From assembly GCA_043753995.1 (NCBI GenBank), contig JAYUVP010000304.1:15032-79031 (forward strand): a stretch of DNA of 64,000 bases, given 5' to 3'. Source of the DNA: Fibrobacterota bacterium. Its GTDB lineage: Bacteria > Fibrobacterota > Fibrobacteria > UBA11236. Position numbers and translations under genes: made by a program. Position 1 is the stretch's first letter. Each line of letters begins with the position of its first letter. Below, piece by piece: positions 10,055-19,963 of this stretch. Under the pieces are notes generated by a model that searched no databases, was not told the origin of the DNA, and saw only the letters and a list, made by a program, of their open reading frames with translations.

Positions 10055-11155
10055 TTAGCGCTGCACGCGGGCGGAGCCGCCATCGACCAGGGCCTTGACT
10101 TCGGCGAGAGAGGCCATGGAAGTGTCTCCCGGCGTGGTCATGGCGAGGGCGCCATGGGCCGCACCATATTCGATGGCAGACTGGCCATCGCCGATTTCCA
10201 TGAGGCCATAGATGAAGCCCGAGGCGAAACTGTCGCCACCTCCAACCCGGTCATAGATTTCCATGTCTTGGCGCCACGTGGCTTCGTGGAATTGCCCTTT
10301 CACCCAGGCAATGGCGCCCCAGTCATTGCGCGTGGCACTGCGTACGGCGCGCAAGGTGGTAGCGACGGCCTGGAGATGGGGGAAGGCGCGCGTCACCTCA
10401 CCGATCAAGGCGCGAAAGCTCGCGGTTTCAAGGTGGGATAAATCGGACGGGGTATTGGGCGGAGAAAAGCCGAGACAAGCCGTGAAATCTTCTTCATTGC
10501 CTATCAAGACATCAATGAGAGGTGCCAGCTGGCGATTGATGGCTTGGCATTTGGCTTGGCCACCGAAACCTTGCCAAAGGCTGGGGCGATAATTGAGATC
10601 ATAGCTGATAAGGGTGCCATGCCTACGTGCTGCCAGCATGGCTTCTTCGATGACGGCGGAAGTCGATTCAGATAGGCCCGCGAAGATGCCGCCGGTATGA
10701 AACCAGCGCACACCTTGTTTGCCGAAAAGATTTTCCCAATCGAAATCACCCGGTTTTAGCTGAGAGGCCGCCGTGAGTCCGCGATCCGAAACGCCGAGGG
10801 CGCCGCGCACCCCAAAACCTCGCTCGGTGAAATTGAGGCCATTGCGTACGGTTCGGCCTATGCCGTCAAAGGGAACCCAGCGGATAAAGGAGGTATCGAC
10901 ACCGCCCTGCAAAATGAAATCTTCGACCAATCGCCCAATGTCATTATCGGCAAAAGACGTGGCTATCGCCGTGCGCATGCCGAAGCACCGGCGAAGGCCG
11001 CGCGCGACATTGTATTCGCCGCCGCCTTCCCAAGCCGTGAAATGCCGGGCCGTGCGCACGCGCATGTCCCCGGGATCGAGACGCAACATCACTTCGCCGA
11101 GACTTACTTGGTCGTAGCGACAGGCGCTTTTGGGTTTGATCACCAAGGCTGGCAT
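10055..11155 (-). CDS. kdgK: PfkB family sugar kinase, probable 2-keto-3-deoxygluconate kinase
   Basis: GEVMLRLDP, GGGEYNVA, YDLNYR and DRVGGGDSF motifs. Confidence 0.85.
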   Translation of the reverse strand: MPALVIKPKSACRYDQVSLGEVMLRLDPGDMRVRTARHFTAWEGGGEYNVARGLRRCFGMRTAIATSFADNDIGRLVEDFILQGGVDTSFIRWVPFDGIGRTVRNGLNFTERGFGVRGALGVSDRGLTAASQLKPGDFDWENLFGKQGVRWFHTGGIFAGLSESTSAVIEEAMLAARRHGTLISYDLNYRPSLWQGFGGQAKCQAINRQLAPLIDVLIGNEEDFTACLGFSPPNTPSDLSHLETASFRALIGEVTRAFPHLQAVATTLRAVRSATRNDWGAIAWVKGQFHEATWRQDMEIYDRVGGGDSFASGFIYGLMEIGDGQSAIEYGAAHGALAMTTPGDTSMASLAEVKALVDGGSARVQR

Positions 11156-11197
11156 GCTTCTCTCCGTAACCGTTTATGATATACGTGTCAATTAAAA

Positions 11198-11995
11198 TTA
11201 TAATCGAGGTAGGGTGAGGCCGCCGTCGACGGGTATCACCGCGCCGGTGCCATAAGGCAGACCGCCATTTGCCAAGAAGGCCGAGACTTTGCCAATATCT
11301 TCGGCCTGGCCCCAACGCGGAGTCACCAGCAATCCGGATTCGATGAGATTGTCATATTTCTCCTTCACGCCCGCCGTCATATCGGTGGCAATTATGCCGG
11401 GCCGCACATCATAAACGGGTATGCCGTATTCGCCTAGCCGGGCGGCAAAGAGCTGGGCCGCCATGGCTGCACCCGCCTTGCTCAAGCAATACGCGCCGCG
11501 CGCGGTGGAGACCACGGTGGCGGAAATGGAGGTGATGAAAAGTATGGAGCCTTCCCACCTTGGGTCTGCCTTTTTCTGTTCGACCATCCAGCGCGCGGCA
11601 TCGCGGGTAAGAAAAAATGGGCCCTGCAAATTGGTTTTCAGCAGTCTTTCGGCATCCGCTTCGTCCGCGTCGAGCAAGTCACCCCGTACCGTGGGCGCTA
11701 CCCCGGCATTGTTCACTAGCACGTGCAAGACCCCGAAGCGATCGCGCGCGGCGGCCAAAAGAGCCGCTCGTCCTTCCGGGGAGGCCACATCCCCGCGGCC
11801 ATAGGCCACCTGGGCTCCTAGCCCGCGTAGGCTGGCAAGCACGTTGGCAATTTCGTCTTCAGGGCGTTGCCCGCCAAGCACTAAATCGAATCCTGCTTCG
11901 GCCAGGGCTTTGGCAATGCCGAGGCCGATGCCACGCGTACCGCCAGTGATCAAGGCCACGCGACGCGTCGCCGAATTTGCCTTAGGCTTATCCAT
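11198..11995 (-). CDS. SDR family oxidoreductase
   Basis: TGGTRGIG, NNAG and YCLSK motifs. Confidence 0.9.
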   Translation of the reverse strand: MDKPKANSATRRVALITGGTRGIGLGIAKALAEAGFDLVLGGQRPEDEIANVLASLRGLGAQVAYGRGDVASPEGRAALLAAARDRFGVLHVLVNNAGVAPTVRGDLLDADEADAERLLKTNLQGPFFLTRDAARWMVEQKKADPRWEGSILFITSISATVVSTARGAYCLSKAGAAMAAQLFAARLGEYGIPVYDVRPGIIATDMTAGVKEKYDNLIESGLLVTPRWGQAEDIGKVSAFLANGGLPYGTGAVIPVDGGLTLPRL

Positions 11996-13373
11996 GCGGT
12001 GTGCCCTTGCCGAAAAAGGTCAATTCGCGGCCCTCGGCCAAACGTTGCACTAGAAGGGCAAGTTCGCGCAAATGATAGTCGCCCCATTGGCAAGCTTCGC
12101 CACATGGCACGCTTTGCCCCACGGGAACATCATCCCAGCCATTGGGTCGGTGATAAACCGAATGCATAAGCAAGCCTTGATGGTTTGTATCCTCGGAGAG
12201 ATAAAGCGGATCAAGCAAGCGGGCCAGTACGGTCAAGCCAGCTTGGTAAAAGCGGCTGCCTTCGGCCTGGCCTTGCCTTTGCAAGCGCCGGCCATAACGG
12301 AGTAGTCCCTGAGCGCCGATGGCGGCGGCCGAACTGTCCACGGGCTCGTGGGCATTGAATGGTTCGGCGTCGCTGCCTTGCCAATTACCTAAGGCGGTCA
12401 AACCCGGAGCGCCAGTATCCCAATAGGGAATTCCGTCCCGCGCCGTGGCTTTTTCGAGATAAAAAGCACAGGTCACTTGTGCGGCACGTTCCAGCGGCGT
12501 GACGCAGGCGGCCTTGCCGCCAAAGGGCGCGAAGCCTTCTTCGGGCAAAACATCGAACCATTCCAGCAATTCGCTGAAACCTAACATGGCCCAAGCCAAG
12601 CCACGGGTCCAGGTGGAGAAAGGCGAATAGCCTTGCTGCGAGGAGGGGCAGCGATAACTGCCATCGACCACGTCGAAAAGGCTTTCATGGGCAGTGCGGC
12701 CAGCTACGTCATAAATGTCCCGGCCTTCGCCGTAATAAATATTGTGATTGGCCGTGGCATGGGCATGCTGAATCACTCGCTCTAGCAAATTGTGCCTAGC
12801 GTCGCGCTCGCCCATAAGCACATGGCCTAATTGATGCGAGAGAGCCAAGGCGCGTAGCGAACGCACCGTATCGACAAAAAGCGAATGCGGACCATTGAAG
12901 CTATGAATGAAGCCGCCTTGCGGCGTGCGCGTCCAGCGTGCGGCCTGTACTGCCCCGGAGCATTTGAGGGCCAATGCATAGGCCTCACGTTCGCCGCGAT
13001 CGGTCGCGAAGCGACCTTCTCCTATGAGGCGCCATAGGCCGCCATAGGTGCTGACATTATTGAAACCGTGATCGTGCACGCCAATATGGGTGACATGGGG
13101 GGCCATCACCTCAAGCGTGCGCGAGCGGCCGAGTTCCAAAAAAGATTTGTCGCCTGTAGCGTCAAATTGCAAAACGGCGGCGCCATATTGAAAGCCTTGC
13201 GTCCACTCGGTCCAGCCGCGCGCCGTGTAGCGGCCCTTGACCGTGAAAACGGGGGAGGCCGTTCCCGGGGGGCAGGTTTCTTCGAGGCTGATGATTTTAG
13301 CGCCGGAAAGCGCCCACATTTCGGCGATACGTGGAAGCAAGTCTTTGGGCTGAAGATTGTCGCGAATTTGCAT
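11988..13373 (-). CDS. GH88-like glycoside hydrolase (unsaturated glucuronyl hydrolase-like)
   Basis: WTxGF, HDHGF, STWTRGLAWA, PYWD, DSSAAAI and WGDY motifs. Confidence 0.75.
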   Translation of the reverse strand: MQIRDNLQPKDLLPRIAEMWALSGAKIISLEETCPPGTASPVFTVKGRYTARGWTEWTQGFQYGAAVLQFDATGDKSFLELGRSRTLEVMAPHVTHIGVHDHGFNNVSTYGGLWRLIGEGRFATDRGEREAYALALKCSGAVQAARWTRTPQGGFIHSFNGPHSLFVDTVRSLRALALSHQLGHVLMGERDARHNLLERVIQHAHATANHNIYYGEGRDIYDVAGRTAHESLFDVVDGSYRCPSSQQGYSPFSTWTRGLAWAMLGFSELLEWFDVLPEEGFAPFGGKAACVTPLERAAQVTCAFYLEKATARDGIPYWDTGAPGLTALGNWQGSDAEPFNAHEPVDSSAAAIGAQGLLRYGRRLQRQGQAEGSRFYQAGLTVLARLLDPLYLSEDTNHQGLLMHSVYHRPNGWDDVPVGQSVPCGEACQWGDYHLRELALLVQRLAEGRELTFFGKGTPHG

Positions 13374-13936
13374 CAGGCGTGACGACCTTTACGGATATGC
13401 ACGATGACGATTCGGCAATCCTGCACGGCGCGATACTCATGGCTTAGCACAGCGTCGAACTCGACCGCTTCGCCTTCGCGCAAAAGGCGGCGAGATCCAT
13501 TACAGGTGAATTCCAAGGTGCCTTGCAAGACCCAACAGATTTCCAAATCATTGTGATGCACTTCGGGTCGATTGACCTTGGAACCTGCGAGGGCCGATCC
13601 CACGAAGCATTGCGCATTGGGAAAGGACACATTGTTGAATTGAAAGCCGCCCGAGGTGTATTGCTGGGCTTGGGCATGCAAAAGGCTGCGGCTTTCGGCC
13701 ATGCCCAGAAGATCGGCGGCCGTCATCCCGAAGGCACGCGCCAGGCGCGCCAGAGTTTCGAGTTCGGGCAAGGCCTGATTACGTTCCAAGCGCGAGATCA
13801 CGGCAGTGGAAATACCCGAGGCTTCGGCCAATTCGGTGATGGTGAGGCCCTGGGTCTTACGCAATTGCCTGAGAAGGGTAAAGTCATAAATCGGTGCAGC
13901 CGAAGTTTTGACATTGGGGGTAGGTGCAGTCGACAT
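13373..13936 (-). CDS. XRE-HTH plus cupin transcriptional regulator
   Basis: N-terminal HTH_3 (LRQLRK...ISRLERN), C-terminal cupin; AGGAG RBS before ATG 13936. Confidence 0.85.
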   Translation of the reverse strand: MSTAPTPNVKTSAAPIYDFTLLRQLRKTQGLTITELAEASGISTAVISRLERNQALPELETLARLARAFGMTAADLLGMAESRSLLHAQAQQYTSGGFQFNNVSFPNAQCFVGSALAGSKVNRPEVHHNDLEICWVLQGTLEFTCNGSRRLLREGEAVEFDAVLSHEYRAVQDCRIVIVHIRKGRHA

Positions 13937-13967
13937 GGAGGTCTCCTGTTTTAACATAGTGTGGCTT

Positions 13968-15320
13968 TCAATCGGGGAGTGGTTTGCCCTTGGTCTCAGG
14001 TGCAAACCAGATCAGCACCAGTCCGAAAACATAGACGAGGCTCATCACGGCGCACATGCGGGCAAAATCTTCATGGAAAGAAGTGAGCAAGGCGCCGCTG
14101 GCCAGAGTGCCCATGGCGGCGAGTATGCGGCCTGCATTGAAGGCAAAGCCTGATCCCGTGGCGCGCAGCCGGGTGGGAAAAAGTTCGGGCAAATAAAGGG
14201 GGAGCCAACCATAAAACGATGCCGTCAATCCGCCTACCAGGAAAGTCCAAAACAACATGCCCGCGCCATATTGCATGGGGATGCGGAAAAGAATGGCGCA
14301 GGCGGCTAAGGAAAGCAGAGACATGCTGAAATACAGTCCGCGACGATTGAAACGATCTGCTAGTAAACCCATAAGGAGGGTAAAGACGATGGCACCACAA
14401 GCCGAGGCTATTTGCAGAGACTCGCGGACACCGTGGGCGCCTTGAGTAAGCTTATGTCCCCAGGAGGGAATCGATTGCACCGAAGCCCAGGTGCCAAGCA
14501 AGGCCACGGCCCCAAGTAAGGCTCCGAGCAAGGTATGCTTCAGGAGGCCGCCGCGAAAGATGTCGCCGATTTTGGCTTTGACCTCGGCCTTCTCGTGCGC
14601 GCTTTTCCAGGCTTCGGATTCGGGTACGAAAATGCGGATAAAAAAGGTGAGCAAGGCAGGAAAGGCACCCAGTAAAAAAAGCAGACGCCATGCGCCATTG
14701 GCTACCAGGGCATTGGCCCACGCGCTCGGCAAAAGGGCAGAGAAAAAATCGGTCAATCCCGAAACGATACTGTTCAGACCTAGGGAAAGCAAGGCGATGA
14801 GGAGAAAGCCCACGTTGGCGGCGGCGCCAATCAAGCCAGCCATGAAGGGCCGCGATTTATTGGGAAAAACTTCCGACACCAAGGCCACGCCGAGAGCCCA
14901 TTCGCCGCCCATGCCCAGGGCCGCAAGGAAACGCAAGCCACCGATTTGCCATGGGGCATTGGCGAAGGCGCAAAGTCCTGAGAAAAGCGAGTAAGCAAGT
15001 ACGCTCCACATCATGGCCTTGGTACGTCCAATGCGATCGCCTAGCCAGCCGAAGACGACGCCCCCCAGGGCCGCGCCAACGAGAAAAAGAGCCGTGATGC
15101 CGGCAATCCAGGCGGGCCAACTCGCCTTGGTGGATTCCGCGCCCATCAATTCCATCATGGCGGGGCGGGCGACCAGGGGAAAGAGCCCCATTTCTAGGCC
15201 GTCGAACATCCAACCGAGTATGGCGGCAGTCAAGGCGAGGTAACGTCCCTGCGACGGTAACCGGCCGGATTCGGTGGTCGACGCAGTCGTCTTCATGGCG
15301 GGGGCTGCTTTCACGGTCAT
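13968..15320 (-). CDS. MFS transporter
   Basis: About 12 TM helices; GWLGDRIGR, GMGGEW and PELFPTRLRATG motifs. Confidence 0.9.
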   Translation of the reverse strand: MTVKAAPAMKTTASTTESGRLPSQGRYLALTAAILGWMFDGLEMGLFPLVARPAMMELMGAESTKASWPAWIAGITALFLVGAALGGVVFGWLGDRIGRTKAMMWSVLAYSLFSGLCAFANAPWQIGGLRFLAALGMGGEWALGVALVSEVFPNKSRPFMAGLIGAAANVGFLLIALLSLGLNSIVSGLTDFFSALLPSAWANALVANGAWRLLFLLGAFPALLTFFIRIFVPESEAWKSAHEKAEVKAKIGDIFRGGLLKHTLLGALLGAVALLGTWASVQSIPSWGHKLTQGAHGVRESLQIASACGAIVFTLLMGLLADRFNRRGLYFSMSLLSLAACAILFRIPMQYGAGMLFWTFLVGGLTASFYGWLPLYLPELFPTRLRATGSGFAFNAGRILAAMGTLASGALLTSFHEDFARMCAVMSLVYVFGLVLIWFAPETKGKPLPD

Positions 15321-15339
15321 GGTCTCTCCTTTTTCAGCC

Positions 15340-16782
15340 TTAAGCCGGCAAGTGGAAAATGATTTGCTGATGAAAAGTATCGGGAATCAAAGATCCGCCG
15401 AAGCCAACGGCATTGATGTCGGACAAATCGATGGAGCCATCGGCGATGCGCAAGGTGGGTTCGCCTTCGAGCCCTGGGGCATAAAAAGTGGGGAGACCCC
15501 GCAATGCCTCTGACGCCTCGCGTCCCGTCAAATGCCTTCCTCCGCGGGCGAAGTGATGGCCATTGCGTTCGCTATGCGTCAGTCCAAGGGCCGCGGCCAG
15601 GGCCAAATCCTGTTGCACCGGTAAGGTCGGCACCGTAGTCAAATCTTCGCTGGAGAGAAAGCCGGGCAAGCCCTGCTTGCGACGTGCGGCTACGAGCTTG
15701 GCATGATGCAGAGCGCGAAACAATCCCTTGCAGGCCTTCACCGAAACGCCGCTATAGCCGAGGGCGAAAGCAGCCTCTGCAATTCCGGGCTCGCCGTCGC
15801 TTTCGTCGATGAGCAAGGGCACCTGGGTGGCCACGGCTTTCACCGCTTCGGCCGCATCGGCGGCGGTGGAGCATTCTCGACGCACCGGCTGTTCCACATA
15901 GAGAATGCGCTTCAGAAAACTTTTCAGGCGATTTTCGCTTTCGAGGTTTTGCCACAGAGAGAAAAAACCCGTCATATTTTCCCACTGCTCATTGCCATCG
16001 AGAGAGAGTCGATAATCTCCCGCGGTGGAATCTAAAAGATGGGCCAAGGTGATGAGACGTTTTACCGTGGCCTCATCACCGCCACCGATTTTGACCTTGA
16101 AGTAACGCGGACGATACGTGGATATCACTTCGGCGAGGGTTTGGGGCAAACCGTCCCTGAGACGATCCATAGGTCCAAGGTCGGCATCAGTCAGTGGATC
16201 GGCCATGCCCACGGTATGTCGCAAATGCATATGTGACGTAGGCGAGGTAGGCAGGTAGGAGGTTGGGTCGCCCATGCCGAGCCCGTCATTTTGCAATAAG
16301 GAGAAAAAGGTGCGGCCCTGATGGCGGCAAAGACCATCGACCATGGCCAATTCAAATAAGGCGGGACCGAAACCGGCTGCGAGCGATGGCATGGGATCGG
16401 CGCTTTTCGCCAACTTCGCCCGCGTTCCTGAATCTACGGCCTGATGCAATTCCCAAGGCGATCCCATGGGAGTGGAGAGGGCGGTCGCACAAGCCTCGCG
16501 AATCGAAGCGAGTAAATCCGCGACATTGCCATCCAAAGTGCGGCCCTCGCGTTTGTCAAACCACATAGGCGGTAATCCGGAAGCGGCCCAGCCCTCGAAT
16601 AGGCAGCCCGAGGCATTTTCGAGGGATAACTTAAGGGTTGCGACCGGCAATTCCGTCATCACGGCTTTGCCAAATCGAAAGGAAATGCGCAGGGGAATTT
16701 GGCGAAACCAAGCCTTTGCGGCTCGGACGCGTAAAGAAACGCTCTTTGACGCAAGGGATGAGATGACAAACTGGTTGTTCAC
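15340..16782 (-). CDS. Enolase superfamily (mandelate racemase-like) protein
   Basis: FKVK, LDGNEQ, EQP and IDES motifs. Confidence 0.7.
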   Translation of the reverse strand: MNNQFVISSLASKSVSLRVRAAKAWFRQIPLRISFRFGKAVMTELPVATLKLSLENASGCLFEGWAASGLPPMWFDKREGRTLDGNVADLLASIREACATALSTPMGSPWELHQAVDSGTRAKLAKSADPMPSLAAGFGPALFELAMVDGLCRHQGRTFFSLLQNDGLGMGDPTSYLPTSPTSHMHLRHTVGMADPLTDADLGPMDRLRDGLPQTLAEVISTYRPRYFKVKIGGGDEATVKRLITLAHLLDSTAGDYRLSLDGNEQWENMTGFFSLWQNLESENRLKSFLKRILYVEQPVRRECSTAADAAEAVKAVATQVPLLIDESDGEPGIAEAAFALGYSGVSVKACKGLFRALHHAKLVAARRKQGLPGFLSSEDLTTVPTLPVQQDLALAAALGLTHSERNGHHFARGGRHLTGREASEALRGLPTFYAPGLEGEPTLRIADGSIDLSDINAVGFGGSLIPDTFHQQIIFHLPA

Positions 16783-16803
16783 GAAATTTCCTCTGCCCTT
16801 AAT

Positions 16804-16835
16804 TTACTTCAGTAATATATTTGTGCCAGTAATAT
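16804..16835. promoter_or_regulatory. Candidate operator in the divergent intergenic region
   Basis: TTACT-TC-AGTAA palindrome at 16804-16815; CAGTAATAT direct repeat at 16810 and 16827. Confidence 0.35.
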
Positions 16836-16852
16836 CTTGTCGAGGAAAATTG

Positions 16853-18307
16853 ATGGACTTCAAAAAAATCCCGACCCTCAAAAATCCCCAGGGTTTTGCC
16901 CAGCGGCTTAACGACTTGGGGGTCAACCTACCCGTGGATGAGTCCATTCTTTTGGCCGCCGACTCCCCTTTAGGCAAGCCTTTGTCTATTGGCGGTTTTA
17001 TAGCCGGCAATCGCTGGGCGGTGCATCCCATGGAGGGTTGGGATGCCACTTCCGACGGCAAACCCACGCCCGAACTCGAACGTCGCTGGCATCGTTTCGC
17101 CATTTCAGGTGCCAAAATCATTTGGGGTTTCGAAGCCATGGCGGTGCGCCAGGATGGCCGCGCCAATCCTAACCAACTTGTGATCAATGCCACCAATGCC
17201 CCTTTGATTCGTGATGCCGCCTTGCGCGCCGTGGAGGCGCATGCCAAGCGCTTCGGCACTGCCGACGATTTGTTCTGGGGATTTCAACTCACGCATTCGG
17301 GCCGCTTCAGCCGCCCCAACCGACGTGATTTGTTGGAGCCCATGCTGGCTTATCATCATCCCATACTCGATAAGCGCTATAAGATTTCGCCTGACTCTCC
17401 CTTAGCCAGCGATCAGGATATACAGGACTTACGCGATGCCTTCATCGAAGCTGCGGTATTGTCTGAGCGTTGCGGTGCTCGCTTTATCGACTTCAAGCAA
17501 TGTCATGGCTATTTCGGTCATGAATTGCTGGGTGGTTTTACCCGTCAGGGTGAGTATGGCGGCGAATCCTTGGCAGCGCGCACTCGTTTTGTCCGGGAGA
17601 CCCTAGCCGGCATTCGCGCCGCTGCTCCTAAGCTCATCCTCGGGGTGCGCTTGTCGGCATTCGACATCTTGCCCTACCGGCCTGGATCCGATGCGGGTAC
17701 CGGCATTCCCGAAGAATACGAGCAGGGCAAGCCTTATCGGTATGGTTTCGGCATCAATCGTCACAATCCAAATGAATTCGATCTCACCGAGCCCATTGCT
17801 TTATTGAAATTGCTGAAGGAATGGGGCGTGGCCATCGTGAACGTCTCTTGTGGATCTCCCTATTACAATCCTCACATTCAGCGGCCGGCTTTGTATCCGC
17901 CCTCCGATGGTTATCAGCCCCCCGAGGATCCCTTGGTCGGCGTGGCACGGCAAGCCCAGGTGGTGAAGACTTTGCGGGCCGCGGTGCCGGACTTGCCGCT
18001 CATCGGTTCCGGCCTCACCTATTTGCAAGAGTTCACTGCGCATGTGTCTCAAGCCCTGGTGCGTGAAGGTTGGATGGACGCGGTGGGTCTCGGGCGCATG
18101 ATGCTCAGCTATCCCACCTTGCCCGCCGATACTCTGGAGAAAGGCAAAATGGAGGCCAAGCTGATTTGCCGCACCTTCTCAGACTGCACAACGGCGCCGC
18201 GCAATGGCATGCCTTCTGGATGCTATCCGCTCGATCCCGAGTACAAGAAATTACCGGAGGCGGCCATGCTCAAGGAAACCAAGAGGGCGCTGAAAACTGC
18301 GGTTTGA
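16853..18307 (+). CDS. NADH:flavin oxidoreductase (Old Yellow Enzyme family)
   Basis: HPMEGWD, QLTHSGR, DFKQCHGY and GLGR motifs; ATG 16853 follows a GAGG RBS. Confidence 0.85.
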   Translation: MDFKKIPTLKNPQGFAQRLNDLGVNLPVDESILLAADSPLGKPLSIGGFIAGNRWAVHPMEGWDATSDGKPTPELERRWHRFAISGAKIIWGFEAMAVRQDGRANPNQLVINATNAPLIRDAALRAVEAHAKRFGTADDLFWGFQLTHSGRFSRPNRRDLLEPMLAYHHPILDKRYKISPDSPLASDQDIQDLRDAFIEAAVLSERCGARFIDFKQCHGYFGHELLGGFTRQGEYGGESLAARTRFVRETLAGIRAAAPKLILGVRLSAFDILPYRPGSDAGTGIPEEYEQGKPYRYGFGINRHNPNEFDLTEPIALLKLLKEWGVAIVNVSCGSPYYNPHIQRPALYPPSDGYQPPEDPLVGVARQAQVVKTLRAAVPDLPLIGSGLTYLQEFTAHVSQALVREGWMDAVGLGRMMLSYPTLPADTLEKGKMEAKLICRTFSDCTTAPRNGMPSGCYPLDPEYKKLPEAAMLKETKRALKTAV

Positions 18308-18482
18308 TTTTGGCCTTCGGATAAAACCTGAGACCAAGTCCATTTCATGTCAGAAATTTTTTTGTCTAGTCGGGTAATTCCTGAAATTCCTGGGGTTAAT
18401 TGGGCTTTCCGCGAGAGATGACCCCACAAGATTGCGCGTTTTTCCTCTTGTTTACGGGCCAAGATTCAAATAACTAAAGACC

Positions 18483-18962
18483 ATGTCTTCTAGCCTTCAA
18501 GCCGAACTTAAGCAGAACAAGCCTTTTGCCCTTCCCGAAGAAGAGCTTTTCATCGGCTTATTTCGAACCATTGATTTGTTGGGGCGAGCCACAAGCCAGC
18601 TCCTCAAGCAATACGATTTGTCTTCAGCGCAATACAATGTTCTCCGCATTCTCCGTGGAGCCGAACCTGATGGCATGCCTTGCGGTGAGGTGGGATCGCG
18701 TATGGTGACTCGTGATCCTGATATCACTCGCTTGCTGGATCGCATGGAAAAAAGGCAATGGGTGATTCGCATTCGCGTTTCTACGGATCGACGCGTCATC
18801 ACCGCCCGTATCACTGAGAATGGCATGAAATTGCTTGAAGTCCTCGATACACCCATGCTTGAATTGCACCGTCAGCAATTGGGTTTTCTCAGCCGACCCG
18901 AAATCCAGTCTTTGATGGATTCTCTCGATCGAATTCGCCAAAACCTTGCCGTGAAGGAATAG
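18483..18962 (+). CDS. MarR family transcriptional regulator
   Basis: QYNVLRILRG, DITRLLDRME and DRRV motifs. Confidence 0.9.
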   Translation: MSSSLQAELKQNKPFALPEEELFIGLFRTIDLLGRATSQLLKQYDLSSAQYNVLRILRGAEPDGMPCGEVGSRMVTRDPDITRLLDRMEKRQWVIRIRVSTDRRVITARITENGMKLLEVLDTPMLELHRQQLGFLSRPEIQSLMDSLDRIRQNLAVKE

Positions 18963-18978
18963 CTATTCCGGGAAAGGC

Positions 18979-19017
18979 TTGACTTTGAGAGGGCGCCGGA
19001 CTATTATATGTTATAAC
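18979..19017 (+). promoter_or_regulatory. Sigma70-like promoter of pirin with candidate operator
   Basis: TTGACT-17 bp-TATTAT followed by palindrome GTTATAAC (19010-19017). Confidence 0.6.
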
Positions 19018-19049
19018 GATTAATGTTTAGACGTTTATGAGGGGGCGGC

Positions 19050-19787
19050 ATGATCACGGTAAGAAAATCAAATGAACGCGGACATTTCGACCATGGTTGG
19101 CTGAAAACCTGGCACACTTTCAGTTTTTCTGAATATGTGGACCCCGCGCATATGGGATTTCAATCCCTGCGTGTCATCAACGAGGACGTGGTTGCCCCCG
19201 GCAAGGGCTTCGGCACGCATGGCCATCGCGATATGGAAATCATCACCTATGTGCTTTCGGGATCGCTGGAGCATCGCGACTCGCTAGGCAATGGTGGACT
19301 CCTGAAACGCGACACGGTGCAGCGCATGCGCGCGGGGACGGGCATACGCCATAGCGAAGCCAATCCCGATCCCGAAAAGCCCCTGCATCTGTTTCAAATC
19401 TGGATTTTGCCCAAGGTCAAGAATCTAGCGCCGGCCTATGAAGATCGGTATTTCGATCCCCAGGGCGCGCTGGGCAAGTGGCAATTGCTGGTGTCTCCCG
19501 ACGGTGCCGAAGGTTCGCTGGATATTGCACAAGACGCCCATTTCTGGCGGGTATTCTTGCAGGCCGGCGAAGAGGTAGCGCTCCAGTTACCAGAAGGCGA
19601 GAGAAATGCCTGGCTGCAATTGGCCGAAGGCGAGGTCGAGGTCAGCGCGGCGGGTGGGGGAGAGGCAGCGGCGTCCACCGAATCGGCGACGCTAAGTGCG
19701 AGCGACGGGACGGCTTTAAGTCATGTTCGAACCGTGAAGGTCAAGGCCCTGCAAGCCACCGAAGCTTTGTTGTTTGGGTTGGCGTGA
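19050..19787 (+). CDS. yhhW: Pirin family protein; probably chimeric, with the part after 19233 supplied by the island
   Basis: GF.THGHRDMEIITYV, GTGIRHSE and QIWI pirin motifs. Confidence 0.92.
   Translation: MITVRKSNERGHFDHGWLKTWHTFSFSEYVDPAHMGFQSLRVINEDVVAPGKGFGTHGHRDMEIITYVLSGSLEHRDSLGNGGLLKRDTVQRMRAGTGIRHSEANPDPEKPLHLFQIWILPKVKNLAPAYEDRYFDPQGALGKWQLLVSPDGAEGSLDIAQDAHFWRVFLQAGEEVALQLPEGERNAWLQLAEGEVEVSAAGGGEAAASTESATLSASDGTALSHVRTVKVKALQATEALLFGLA
19223..19262 (+). repeat. attL-like junction
   Basis: CCATCGCGATA-TGGAAA-TCATCACCTAT; identity with the right copy begins at 19233. Confidence 0.75.
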
Positions 19788-19963
19788 AGAATGCGAAGGG
19801 TGTTAAGGCTTGTCGTCTGTAAACCAGGCATCGCGATACGCACCTTTTGGAGGCGGCATTTGCTGTGGCCGGTCCGTGGTAGAAAGGAGTCCGGTCCTCT
19901 TATCGATTTCCAAGTGCGGCCGTCTGCAGACCAAGCGGCAATCGCGCTCGTGCTGTCGGCCAA

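Noticed and set aside
16466..16852. Long N-terminal extensions of the OYE, primase (29990) and recombinase 1 (33044) ORFs in the track
   Set aside because: They overlap other genes or non-coding signals; downstream ATGs fit domain starts better
5298..18989. Identical 14-mer GGCTTGACTTTGAG at 5298 and 18976
   Set aside because: Several 14-mer repeats are expected by chance in 64 kb; the first copy has no clear -10 element
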